From NCBI GenBank assembly GCA_024640405.1, contig JAHEFB010000009.1, positions 28,243-92,242 on the forward strand: a stretch of 64,000 bases of DNA, read 5' to 3'. The position numbers were made by a program, and so were the translations under genes. The notes under the pieces were generated by a model. That model saw only the letters and a program-made list of their open reading frames with translations. It searched no databases and was not told the origin of the DNA. Every line of letters starts with the position of its first letter. The first letter of the stretch is position 1. The DNA is from Alphaproteobacteria bacterium. GTDB lineage: Bacteria > Pseudomonadota > Alphaproteobacteria > Rhizobiales > Aestuariivirgaceae. Below are positions 9,352 through 18,022 of this stretch, piece after piece.

Positions 9352-10766
9352 GATGCGATCCTTTCCAGGTCTGCGGTTTCAGCCTCCACCTCGATGCGGG
9401 CGGCCAGTACGTCGGAACGCGCCGGATCGAGGCCGACATAGATGACAGCCGGGCCCCTGATGCCGCCAAGCGCCAGTGTCCTGGTCAGGGTGGCAATGCT
9501 GCCGGTGGCGGTTTTCTGATTTTCACGGGTACCGTTTTCCACCACCACGACGGGCGTGTCCCGGGCAATGCCGGCTGCCAGCAACCGGCGCTGGATGTGG
9601 CCTGCCTGACGCACGCCCATATAGATGGAAAATGCAGCACCCGGTTTTGCCAGCGCGGTCCAGTCGTGGTCTGCCGCGCCATCGCCTGCGGTTCCGGTCA
9701 GCATCGTGATGCTGCGGTTTTCACCGCGCCAGGTCAGCGGCAGCCTGATGGATGCGGCACAGCCAACAGCAGCGGTTATGCCGGGCACCACCTCAACCGG
9801 AATGCCGGCCTTGACCAGCGCTGCCTGCTCTTCACCTCCGTGGCCGAATACATATGGATCGCCGCCCTTGAGGCGCACGACTTTCCTGCCGGCGCGGGCA
9901 TGATGTTCCAGGATCTTGTTGATGCGGGCCTGGCTGACCGAGAGTTGGCCGGGCGTCTTGCCGACATCTATGCGCTCTGCATCGCGGCGGGCATAATCCA
10001 GGATGCCTGGACCGACCAGCCGGTCATAGACAATGACATCGGCGTCCTGCAGGCGGCGCTGGGCTTTCAATGTCAACAGGTCCGGATCACCGGGACCGGC
10101 GCCAACCAGGGAAACCGAGCCTGACGCGACGCCTTGTGAACCGGACAATGCCTCGTCGACGGCGCGTTCAAAACCTGCACCGGCATCGCGTTCGAAGGAA
10201 GCACGAAGCCGGCCAAAGAAGAACGACCGCCAGAATTCGCGGCGCGGACTGCCCTTTGCCAGACTGCGGGCAACACGCGGGCGCAGGCCGGATGCCTTTT
10301 CAACCAGGGACCCGACGGACGGCGGCAGCATGGCTTCGAGCTGTGCCTTGATGCCCTGCCCCAGTACCGGCGCAGCGCCTTCGGTGCCAATGGCGATGGT
10401 CAGCGATCCGCGTTCCACAATGGACGGCGTCAGGAAAGAGCACCTGTCCTGCCTGTCGACCACATTGACCGGAATGTTGCGCTCTGTGGCCGCTGCATGA
10501 ACCTGCCGCTCGTCGGCGTCATTCAGCCCGCAGGCAAACACCAGAGAAGCACCGTACAAGTCGTCTGCGTCAAATTCCCGCGGTATCAGGCATGCGCCTG
10601 CCGAGTCGATTCCGGCTGATAGCTCGCGCCCGGCAAACGGGGTGACGACAACAATCCGCGCTGGTGTTTTGGCCATCAGCCGCAGCTTTTGCGCAGCTTC
10701 AGCGCCGCCACCGACAATGACGACGGTCTTTGCTTCGAGATCCAGAAATACCGGATAATAGCGCAT
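9348..10766 (-). CDS. cysG: Siroheme synthase (dehydrogenase/ferrochelatase plus SUMT)
   Basis: N-terminal VGGG Rossmann fold and NVVD; C-terminal VGAGPGDPDLLT, RLKGGDP, PGITAA. Confidence 0.95.
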   Translation of the reverse strand: MRYYPVFLDLEAKTVVIVGGGAEAAQKLRLMAKTPARIVVVTPFAGRELSAGIDSAGACLIPREFDADDLYGASLVFACGLNDADERQVHAAATERNIPVNVVDRQDRCSFLTPSIVERGSLTIAIGTEGAAPVLGQGIKAQLEAMLPPSVGSLVEKASGLRPRVARSLAKGSPRREFWRSFFFGRLRASFERDAGAGFERAVDEALSGSQGVASGSVSLVGAGPGDPDLLTLKAQRRLQDADVIVYDRLVGPGILDYARRDAERIDVGKTPGQLSVSQARINKILEHHARAGRKVVRLKGGDPYVFGHGGEEQAALVKAGIPVEVVPGITAAVGCAASIRLPLTWRGENRSITMLTGTAGDGAADHDWTALAKPGAAFSIYMGVRQAGHIQRRLLAAGIARDTPVVVVENGTRENQKTATGSIATLTRTLALGGIRGPAVIYVGLDPARSDVLAARIEVEAETADLERIAS

Positions 10767-10784
10767 GGTCAGATCACTCCAGCC

Positions 10785-10850
10785 TGTTCGTTAAACCGAT
10801 CAACAGGATTGAAATATAGAATTGTTCGTTAAAAAGAACAAGACGTTCTT
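10785..10850. promoter_or_regulatory. Candidate operator upstream of cysG: direct repeat TGTTCGTTAAA (10785-10795, 10823-10833) and inverted repeat AAGAAC-N5-GTTCTT (10834-10850)
   Basis: Repeats seen directly in an AT-rich promoter region; regulator unknown. Confidence 0.4.
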
Positions 10851-10960
10851 TTGTGTTTATGTAGAGTCATATCGGGATTTTAAACGTCGCAACCCTGGCC
10901 CGGCAGGCCGGCTCATCAGGAAATGCGGGGCGTCATTTAGTCACGATGCTGATTTTCCCA

Positions 10961-10989
10961 CTTGACGCGCGGAAGCATTCAGGTAAGTT
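10961..10989 (+). promoter_or_regulatory. Sigma70-type promoter CTTGAC-N17-TAAGTT (unit 1)
   Basis: Matches the alphaproteobacterial CTTGAC-N17-(C)TATAT-type consensus; duplicated at 11195. Confidence 0.6.
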
Positions 10990-10994
10990 TCATG

Positions 10995-11149
10995 CCACAT
11001 TGACTGGGGGGAGCGAGTCTTCACATACATCTGGCAGACCCCTGTTTCACCCCTTTTTCCGTGAAACGGATTTGCCGGTGCGCCCTTCAGACTCAACCGG
11101 TTGATGAATATGAAAGGCGCAGGAGCTGGTTGCAGCCCCTGCGCCTTTT
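10995..11149 (+). ncRNA. Candidate structured ncRNA, copy 1 (rod with 12x12 nt central bubble plus terminator)
   Basis: Hand-folded stems 10998-11007/11097-11106, 11015-11020/11089-11094, 11033-11038/11071-11076 and 11042-11050/11061-11069. G-U pairs favour the + strand. Confidence 0.55.
11113..11149 (+). terminator. Rho-independent terminator AAAGGCGCAGG...CCTGCGCC-TTTT, possibly bidirectional
   Basis: GC-rich inverted repeat followed by a T4 tract. Confidence 0.7.
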
Positions 11150-11194
11150 CAATATCCGGATTGCCGGCTTCGGGGGAACCGCCGATTTTCTCCA

Positions 11195-11223
11195 CTTGAC
11201 GAAGCCGGGCGCAACGTTAACCA
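11195..11223 (+). promoter_or_regulatory. Sigma70-type promoter CTTGAC-N17-TAACCA (unit 2)
   Basis: Same -35 context (GATTTTC..CCACTTGACG) and same spacer length as unit 1, but a different spacer sequence. Confidence 0.5.
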
Positions 11224-11227
11224 CTAG

Positions 11228-11347
11228 CCACAGCACTTGACCGGGGAGTGAGTCTTGCACGACTTCAAGCAAACAAACCTGTCTTCATGGTTCTCCGCAA
11301 ACCGGCGGGACTGCTGATGGCGTCATCTGATTCAACCGGCTGGTGGA
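11228..11347 (+). ncRNA. Candidate structured ncRNA, copy 2 (paralogue of copy 1); 3' end uncertain
   Basis: Shares TTGACYGG-GGAGY-GAGTCTT and GAYTCAACCGGYTGRTG blocks with copy 1 at similar spacing; same stem architecture. Confidence 0.5.
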
Positions 11348-11747
11348 CCTTTCCGCCTGAAGGCCCGGTCACGGTGCATGGCGTGTCCGGCGAACAAGTT
11401 GCCTATGCCGGCAAGCCGGAATTACGAATTACGGTGACAGTTTACTAAATGCACTTATTAGCGCATGCGAAACCCTATGGCTCGCCTGTCCCGTATCGTT
11501 GTGTCCGACTAGCTGAACCATGTGACCCAGCGGGGCAAGTGGCCTGTTGTAGTTTTCTTGCGGGACGGGAACGGTCCAACCTTTGAAGCGGCCGTATTGG
11601 CCAGAGCCAGGCCGGCAGGCATGACACGGCAACCCCTCCATCATCCAACGCAAGATGAAATGCCGCTTTCCCACGGGCGATTAAGAAGCTAGGGTCCAGA
11701 CCCTATTCATCGTCCCCGCCTGCCCTTCGACCGAAAGCCTTTTGCCC

Positions 11748-12446
11748 ATGCCGTTCGTGATACCCGAGCCCAGCCGCACCGCCCTGCCCGTTGCCGGCAC
11801 ATCAGACAGGTTTCCGGTGCGCCGGGTCTACTGTGTCGGGCGCAACTATGCCGCCCATACAATCGAAATGGGTCATGATCCGGACCGGGAAGACCCGTTC
11901 TTCTTTCTCAAGTGCCCGGAAAATATTGTCACGGCAGATGCAGGCGGCGAGATAGCCTTCCCCTACCCGCCCGCTTCAAATGATGTCCATCACGAGATTG
12001 AAATGGTGGTGGCGCTGAAATCCGGCGGCAGCGACATTGCCCCGGATGACGCACTGTCGCACGTCTACGGCTACGGAGCCGGTCTCGACATGACGCGCCG
12101 TGACCTGCAGGGCGAAATGAAGAAGGCCGGCCGGCCCTGGGAAATCGGCAAGGCGTTTGATCATTCCGCGCCGATGTCGGGGCTGGTTGCGGCGTCTGCG
12201 GCAGGCCATCCGGATGCAGGCGACATATGGCTGAAGGTCAATGGCGAGGTGCGCCAGCAAGGCGACCTGAACCAGATGATCTGGAAGGTGCCTGAAATGA
12301 TCAGCTATCTGTCCGGGCTGTTTGAACTGGCCGCCGGTGACCTGATCATGTCGGGCACCCCGTCAGGCGTCGGTCCGGTGGTTCGAGGCGATCGTCTGGA
12401 AGGATTTGTGGAAGGTGCCGGCGGTTTTCACTGCAAGGTCGTCTGA
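11748..12446 (+). CDS. Fumarylacetoacetate hydrolase family protein (fumarylpyruvate hydrolase-like)
   Basis: RVYCVGRNYAAH, HHEIEM, GLDMTRRDLQ, WEIGKAFD and SGTPSGVG motifs. Confidence 0.92.
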   Translation: MPFVIPEPSRTALPVAGTSDRFPVRRVYCVGRNYAAHTIEMGHDPDREDPFFFLKCPENIVTADAGGEIAFPYPPASNDVHHEIEMVVALKSGGSDIAPDDALSHVYGYGAGLDMTRRDLQGEMKKAGRPWEIGKAFDHSAPMSGLVAASAAGHPDAGDIWLKVNGEVRQQGDLNQMIWKVPEMISYLSGLFELAAGDLIMSGTPSGVGPVVRGDRLEGFVEGAGGFHCKVV

Positions 12447-12580
12447 AGCGCTGCGGCGACGCTCACGCCCCAGCCCAGCGGGTTGATCAGCCCCATGGCC
12501 CAGGCGGCGTTTATGGCCACTCCGGTGGACAAATCCGCAATTACCACCCATTTGCCTACCTTGAACACTTTTCTGAGCAT
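12428..12580 (-). CDS. Small 50-aa hydrophobic protein, below the ORF track cutoff
   Basis: MLRKVFKVGKWVVIADLSTGVAINAAWAMGLINPLGWGVSVAAALQTTLQ*. AAGGGA SD 7 nt upstream of the ATG. Confidence 0.5.
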   Translation of the reverse strand: MLRKVFKVGKWVVIADLSTGVAINAAWAMGLINPLGWGVSVAAALQTTLQ

Positions 12581-12670
12581 GCCGGTTCCCCTTTTTTGTG
12601 CCTTATTGATACAACTTTGCCATGTCCTGTTAAGGAATGAGCAAGCATCAGGCCAGTTCGGGGGACTGGT

Positions 12671-14083
12671 TCAGCACTCCGGCAGGTTCACCGCGAGACC
12701 GCCGAGACTGGTTTCCTTGTATTTTTCAGACATGTCATGGCCGGTCTGGCGCATGGCTTCGATACAGTTGTCCAGCGGCATGAAATGCTGTCCATCGCCG
12801 TGCAGGGCCAGAGACGCAGCCGAGACGGCCTTGATGGCGCCCAGGCCGTTGCGCTCGATACAGGGCACCTGCACCAGCCCGCCCACCGGGTCGCAACTCA
12901 TGCCGAGGTGGTGCTCCAGTGCGATTTCTGCGGCATTTTCAATCTGCTCGTTGGTGCCGCCAAGGGCTGCGCAAAACCCTGCCGCCGCCATCGCTGCCGC
13001 AGAGCCCACTTCCCCCTGACAGCCGACCTCGGCGCCGGAAATCGAGGCATTGTGCTTGATCAGGCCGCCGATTGCGGCTGCCGTCAGCAGGAAGGTCCGC
13101 AATCCCTCGTCGTTGGAGCCGATGCAGTGGTCGCGGTAATACCGCATGACAGCCGGCACAACCCCGGCAGCGCCGTTGGTGGGAGATGTGACCACCTTGC
13201 CGCCGGCCGCATTTTCCTCGTTCACCGCCATGGCATAGACCGACATCCAGTCATTGGCGACATGCGGCTGCGCCATGTTGGAACCGCGCTGTTCGACAAG
13301 GCGTTGGTGTATCTTCCTGGCGCGCCGGCGAACACTGAGTCCGCCGGGCAGGATACCGTCTTCGCGCAGGCCGCGGTCGATGCAGTCCGACATGGCTTTC
13401 CAGACACCATCCAGCCGTTCATCAAGCTGTGAAATGTCGATGTGTGCGGTTTCGTTGGCGCGCTTCATCTCGGCTATGGTCTTGCCATGCTTGGCGCCCA
13501 GCGCCAGCATCTCCTTCGCGGTTGAAAACGGATAGGTGTATCCGGCTTCCTTCTTGGCGGTTTTCAGGCCCGACGGTGTGCGGTCGAGGTCGGCCAGTTC
13601 ATCGGCCGTCAGCACGAACCCGCCGCCGATGGAGTAATAGGTCTCTTCGAACCGCAAGGCGCCCGCGGCATCAAACGCGCGCAGCACCATGCCGTTGGCA
13701 TGGCCTTCAAGCGGCGGCCCGTAGTCGAATACCAGATCGTTGTCCGGATCGAACTTCAACTGCCCGAGCCCGTCGGGCTGCACGACGCGGCTTTCGGCAA
13801 GCCTGGCCAGGGCCAGTTCCGCTTCATCCGGGTCAATGGTTGCAGGCTCGAAACCGCACAGCCCCAGCATGACCGCGCGATCGGTGGAATGGCCCTTGCC
13901 GGTAAACGCCAGCGACCCGTGCAGTGAGCACTGAACGTGCGCTGCCGGCCCTGCCCCCGGGATCGGCGTCCTGCCGTGGCGCAACTCGTCGAGAAACCTT
14001 GCAGCCGCCGTCATCGGCCCCATGGTATGGGACGAGGACGGGCCGACGCCGATCTTGAATATGTCGAAAACCGAAAGAAACAT
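12671..14083 (-). CDS. sdaA: L-serine ammonia-lyase (Fe-S dependent)
   Basis: [34 protein letters not shown] and [16 protein letters not shown] motifs. Confidence 0.95.
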   Translation of the reverse strand: MFLSVFDIFKIGVGPSSSHTMGPMTAAARFLDELRHGRTPIPGAGPAAHVQCSLHGSLAFTGKGHSTDRAVMLGLCGFEPATIDPDEAELALARLAESRVVQPDGLGQLKFDPDNDLVFDYGPPLEGHANGMVLRAFDAAGALRFEETYYSIGGGFVLTADELADLDRTPSGLKTAKKEAGYTYPFSTAKEMLALGAKHGKTIAEMKRANETAHIDISQLDERLDGVWKAMSDCIDRGLREDGILPGGLSVRRRARKIHQRLVEQRGSNMAQPHVANDWMSVYAMAVNEENAAGGKVVTSPTNGAAGVVPAVMRYYRDHCIGSNDEGLRTFLLTAAAIGGLIKHNASISGAEVGCQGEVGSAAAMAAAGFCAALGGTNEQIENAAEIALEHHLGMSCDPVGGLVQVPCIERNGLGAIKAVSAASLALHGDGQHFMPLDNCIEAMRQTGHDMSEKYKETSLGGLAVNLPEC

Positions 14084-14197
14084 GGCAACCTGTGCTCCAG
14101 CTATGGAGATAGCAGTATCTTAATACATGACCGGCGCAATTCAGTCTGCGACACCACGATGCAGGATCACGGCACGAGGGGCAGCAATCCGTTCAAA

Positions 14198-15196
14198 TCA
14201 GCCTGCATGCATGCGCTGTTTTCGTTCGCGTATCATGCGGGTGGCTTCATCGGAACCATCATGAAACGTGCCGAACCAGCGATCCCAGGGCATTTCCTGA
14301 TTGCCGTAATTGCACTCGAAGAAGCGGTGGTGCAACTGGTGATAAAACGTACCCAGCGCCAGCCTGCGCCTGTCCTTTATCAGCAAGTCCTCATATCCGG
14401 TGTGGGTCATGGCTGCGCCCAGCGCCTGATAGTGCAGATTGTAGATGACATGCAGCGGGTGCGATGCCGCAACCAGATGGATCATCACGGACGTGAAGTA
14501 CAACAGGTGCTCTACCGGGTGCATGGATGCCCCGGACCAGGGTCCGACATTCACGTTGCGATGATGCAGCGAGTGGACATGCCGGTAGAAAAACGGCACA
14601 TGCAACAGCCGGTGCACCCAGTAAAAATGAAATGCCGACCAGATCGGCACCAGTACGAAAAACCCAAGGAACCATATAGGGTTGTCTGCAAAACTGGTTG
14701 TCGGCAGATAGCCGTTTGCCATGGCCCACAGAGTGATCACCTGGAACGCCGTCCAGAAAAACACACCGCTGCCCAGCGACCAGAACATGTTGTCGTGCAC
14801 CTGGTTCCTGAACGCGAAGCTGCGGCTGCCGCTAGCCATGTCGCGGTGATCGAACTTCAGCTTCGAGCCCTGAGCGCACCGGATATAGAAATAGTAATGC
14901 AGCGATCCGGCGACCGCCAGCAGCAGCCCCATGTTTACAATCCAGGTCTGAAACACCCAGCCGAATGCCAGAACCCTGGCGTCATCGAGGTCAGGATACA
15001 GCCAGTACCAGGCCGCCACAGACACCAACAGCAACAGCACCCGCTCACTCAGCGACAGCCAGTTGCGCCAGAACCAGCGTGCGAGAAAACCCGGGTCCGG
15101 CGGCCACGCGAAAATGGATTTGTCGGCCAGCGGCAGTTCGGGATGGTAGTTCCACCTGCCTTTCTTTCCAGGTTCACCAACCTGGTCAGTTGGCAT
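14198..15196 (-). CDS. Sterol desaturase / fatty acid hydroxylase superfamily protein
   Basis: His boxes HFYWVHRLLH, HSLHH and FYHQLHH; several TM segments. Confidence 0.88.
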   Translation of the reverse strand: MPTDQVGEPGKKGRWNYHPELPLADKSIFAWPPDPGFLARWFWRNWLSLSERVLLLLVSVAAWYWLYPDLDDARVLAFGWVFQTWIVNMGLLLAVAGSLHYYFYIRCAQGSKLKFDHRDMASGSRSFAFRNQVHDNMFWSLGSGVFFWTAFQVITLWAMANGYLPTTSFADNPIWFLGFFVLVPIWSAFHFYWVHRLLHVPFFYRHVHSLHHRNVNVGPWSGASMHPVEHLLYFTSVMIHLVAASHPLHVIYNLHYQALGAAMTHTGYEDLLIKDRRRLALGTFYHQLHHRFFECNYGNQEMPWDRWFGTFHDGSDEATRMIRERKQRMHAG

Positions 15197-15950
15197 AACC
15201 GGAGCCCTCGTCGTCCAGAATGATTTTCAGCTCGCTGAAATGACAGTCTGCCTGACCGGGGTATTCTTCAATTTCACGGGCGGTTTTTTCCGCCACCTCG
15301 TCTGACAGGACCTTGAGTTTCCGGCCTGTCCACAACGCCTTGATGTAGGTCTCCGCAGCACGCTCAAAATAGTACATGCGGTTGAATGCATCAGCCACCG
15401 TGTCGCCAATGACCATGATGCCGTGGTTGCCCATGACCAGGACCTTTTTAGCCGGATCCGAGAGATGCCGGCAGGCGCGTTCAGCCTCTTCCTCGAAGGC
15501 AAGGCCTCCATACTCGTCATCGATTGCATACCGGTTGAAGAAGATCGCGCAGTTCTGGTCGATTGGCGGCAGGCTGGGGTCGTCCAGCGTCGCCAGAACG
15601 GTTGCGTGAATGGAGTGCACATGCAGCGCCACGCGGGCGTGCGGACACAACCGGTGGATGGCGCCGTGCAGGCCCCATGCCGTCGGGTCCGGCGCATCGG
15701 GCCGCTTCATGGTTTCGGAATCATTGGCATCCAGCAACAACAGGTCCGACGCCTTGATGCGGGAAAAATGCATCTGGTTGGGGTTCATGAGGAACTGGGT
15801 ACCATCGTCGTTCACCGCCACGGAAAAATGGTTGGCGACACCTTCGTGCAGATTCAGACGCGCCGTCCACCGGAAGGCGGCGGCCAGGTCGGCGCGGTCT
15901 TCAAAATGGTCAAGACGGTTGGGGCGCAATGGTGTGGCTGCAGTGGTCAT
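15186..15950 (-). CDS. Class II aldolase/adducin family protein
   Basis: EGVANHFS, LHGAIH, LHVHS and MGNHG metal ligands. Confidence 0.9.
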   Translation of the reverse strand: MTTAATPLRPNRLDHFEDRADLAAAFRWTARLNLHEGVANHFSVAVNDDGTQFLMNPNQMHFSRIKASDLLLLDANDSETMKRPDAPDPTAWGLHGAIHRLCPHARVALHVHSIHATVLATLDDPSLPPIDQNCAIFFNRYAIDDEYGGLAFEEEAERACRHLSDPAKKVLVMGNHGIMVIGDTVADAFNRMYYFERAAETYIKALWTGRKLKVLSDEVAEKTAREIEEYPGQADCHFSELKIILDDEGSGYAN

Positions 15951-16063
15951 CGACTTGTCTCCTCAAAGATACCCGGTGGCCGGAGAATGTTGGAATTTTT
16001 TCCGTCCTGCAATCAAAAACACGACAATCGCTGCCAGGAACACTCCTGGCCCCGGCCGCAGGG

Positions 16064-17293
16064 TCAATGACCGGCCAGTTCGCGGGCGAACCGCGCCGCA
16101 TTTTCACCTGCAGCGCGACCGGTGGAAAAACATGCCTGCAACAGGTAGCCGCCGGTTGGCGCATCCCAGTCCAGCATCTCGCCGCATACAAACACACCCG
16201 GCAACTGCCTGAGCATCAGGGTCTCGTCAACTTCATGGGCGGCAATCCCGCCGGCGGTGGAAATCGCCCTGTCAATCGGCTGCATGCCGGTAACTCTCAA
16301 CGCGGCTGCCTTGATGGAGCCGGCGAGTGCGGCATCGGGTTCAAATTGATGGTGTTGCACACAATCACGCCAGACCGAAATGGCCTGCGGTGACAGTCCT
16401 GCGCCCTTGCGCAGCTTGTTGGCAAGCGACTGCTTGCGGGGAACTTTTGCCAGGTTTGCAGCCAACCGCTCAACATCAAGGTCCGGGCGCAGATCAAGCA
16501 ACACCGTGCAACTGCCTGCCGTCTGCAATTCCCGGCGCAGTTCGCGTGACAGGGCGTAAATCACGCCGCCCTCCAGCCCGGTCTTGCTGATCAGGGCCTC
16601 CCCGCGCACGCATCGACCGGAAACCGTGGCCGCGACACGCTTCAGCGGGGCACCTGCATGACGACTGCTGGTAACATCCGACCAGTCGCATGTCACACCG
16701 GCATTGGACGCAACCAGCGGTGTTATCTCAATGCCCTTCCCCGCAAGCACGGACACCCAGTTGCCGCCGGCTCCCAGCCTTGGCCAACTGGCACCGCCCA
16801 GCGCCAGTACACAGACGTCTGCGTCTATTGCCGAGCCATCTGCAAATTCAAGGCTTCCGTCATTGGTCCAGCCGGTCCAGTGCATTCGGGTTTTCAGCAC
16901 CACGCCCAGATCACCCAGCTCGCGCAACCAGGCCCGCAGCAGGGGCGATGCCTTGAAACTCTTTGGAAATACCCGGCCAGATGAGCCGACAAAGGATTCC
17001 CCGTCATGGCGGTCCGCCCAGGCGCGCAGTTCCTCCGGGGGAAACTGCCGGATAAACCGGCCCAGCCACGGTGCTGCATCCGCATAACGTTGCTCGAACA
17101 AGCCAATGGGATCGGAGTGTGTCAGATTCAAACCACCCCTGCCCGCCATAAGGAACTTGCGGCCGGCAGACGGCATGCGTTCGAAGACGGTTACGTGGAA
17201 GCCCTGCCTGGCCATTGTGTCAGCAGCCATGAGCCCGGCAGGGCCTGCGCCAATCACAACACCGCTCAGGGGACGCATGGCGTCAGGCGGCAT
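16064..17293 (-). CDS. HI0933/BaiN-like flavoprotein (TIGR03862-type NAD(P)/FAD oxidoreductase); start uncertain (17293 or 17278)
   Basis: IGAGPAGLMAA, GRKFLMAGRGGLNLT and GEMLDWDAPTGGYLLQ motifs. Confidence 0.88.
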   Translation of the reverse strand: MPPDAMRPLSGVVIGAGPAGLMAADTMARQGFHVTVFERMPSAGRKFLMAGRGGLNLTHSDPIGLFEQRYADAAPWLGRFIRQFPPEELRAWADRHDGESFVGSSGRVFPKSFKASPLLRAWLRELGDLGVVLKTRMHWTGWTNDGSLEFADGSAIDADVCVLALGGASWPRLGAGGNWVSVLAGKGIEITPLVASNAGVTCDWSDVTSSRHAGAPLKRVAATVSGRCVRGEALISKTGLEGGVIYALSRELRRELQTAGSCTVLLDLRPDLDVERLAANLAKVPRKQSLANKLRKGAGLSPQAISVWRDCVQHHQFEPDAALAGSIKAAALRVTGMQPIDRAISTAGGIAAHEVDETLMLRQLPGVFVCGEMLDWDAPTGGYLLQACFSTGRAAGENAARFARELAGH

Positions 17294-17885
17294 AACCGCG
17301 CTCAAAGTACTCTTCGCCGAGCAGTCTGAAAATTTCAACGTCGTGGCTGCGGTCGAGACCGGTGGACCCCGGCATCACGGTGCGCTGCATCGAAAAACCC
17401 AACTTTCTGGCGATGCGGGCAGATGCCAGGTTCGGCGACATGACCTTGCACCAGACCTCGGTGGCGTCGAGGCGTTCGACTGCCATCGCGCACAACACCT
17501 CGCCCATCATCGTGCCGCAGCCGGTATTCCACACCGTCGGATCCACTCCCCAGCCGATTTCCGCGGCCCCGCCACCAAGCAACCATATGAAACCATCTGC
17601 AACCAGTTCTCCCGTGCCGGCATCAACCGCACACAATCTGAAATGCCGGCGGCCCCTTGTTTTCTGCCGGGCCAGATGGCGTTTGAGCATCACCTCGATT
17701 TCGGCAACTGACTGTAACTTAATGGCCAGCCACCGATTGTATTCCGGCCTGGTCATAAAGCGCGCAAGGGCCGCCGCGTCGCCTGTTTTCCACTCGCGGA
17801 AACCGAGGCCTGGCATGGTCACTTGTGGCAACAACAGTTCAGTTGACACGACATTGTCCTTACGTGGAATAATACGATCCAACAA
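17283..17885 (-). CDS. GNAT (RimJ/RimL-like) N-acetyltransferase; start uncertain
   Basis: AEIGWGVDPTVWNTGCGT, N.ASARIARKLGF motifs. Confidence 0.8.
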   Translation of the reverse strand: MLDRIIPRKDNVVSTELLLPQVTMPGLGFREWKTGDAAALARFMTRPEYNRWLAIKLQSVAEIEVMLKRHLARQKTRGRRHFRLCAVDAGTGELVADGFIWLLGGGAAEIGWGVDPTVWNTGCGTMMGEVLCAMAVERLDATEVWCKVMSPNLASARIARKLGFSMQRTVMPGSTGLDRSHDVEIFRLLGEEYFERGYAA

Positions 17886-18022
17886 GATGTTCGCCTGACT
17901 CTAACCGCTTCTTTGCGCCCGGTCGAGACAACAATCGACTTCATCTTTCTGTCGCATCAAGGCGGTAGCAAATTAGGCACGATCGTTGTCGCAAGCATGG
18001 TTTCACAAAAACATCAAAATCG

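Noticed and set aside
10824-10848. LexA box upstream of cysG
   Set aside because: GTTC/GAAC spacing does not match GTTC-N7-GTTC.
11248-11448. 66-aa ORF starting at GTG in unit 2
   Set aside because: Its start codon overlaps the GGAG motif itself, copy 1 has no equivalent frame (GCG), and conservation between copies follows base pairing rather than codons. Not fully excluded.
10770-11450. Possible SAM, cobalamin, yybP-ykoY or ZTP riboswitch near cysG
   Set aside because: Core consensus strings of these aptamers were not found on either strand by eye; GGGGAG is not followed by TAGC.
13937-15223. 428-aa + strand ORF
   Set aside because: Antisense to the sterol-desaturase-like gene, which has clear His boxes.
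17975-18022. Pho box upstream of phoX
   Set aside because: Only a weak TCA...TCA 11-bp periodicity (18003, 18014); too degenerate to call.
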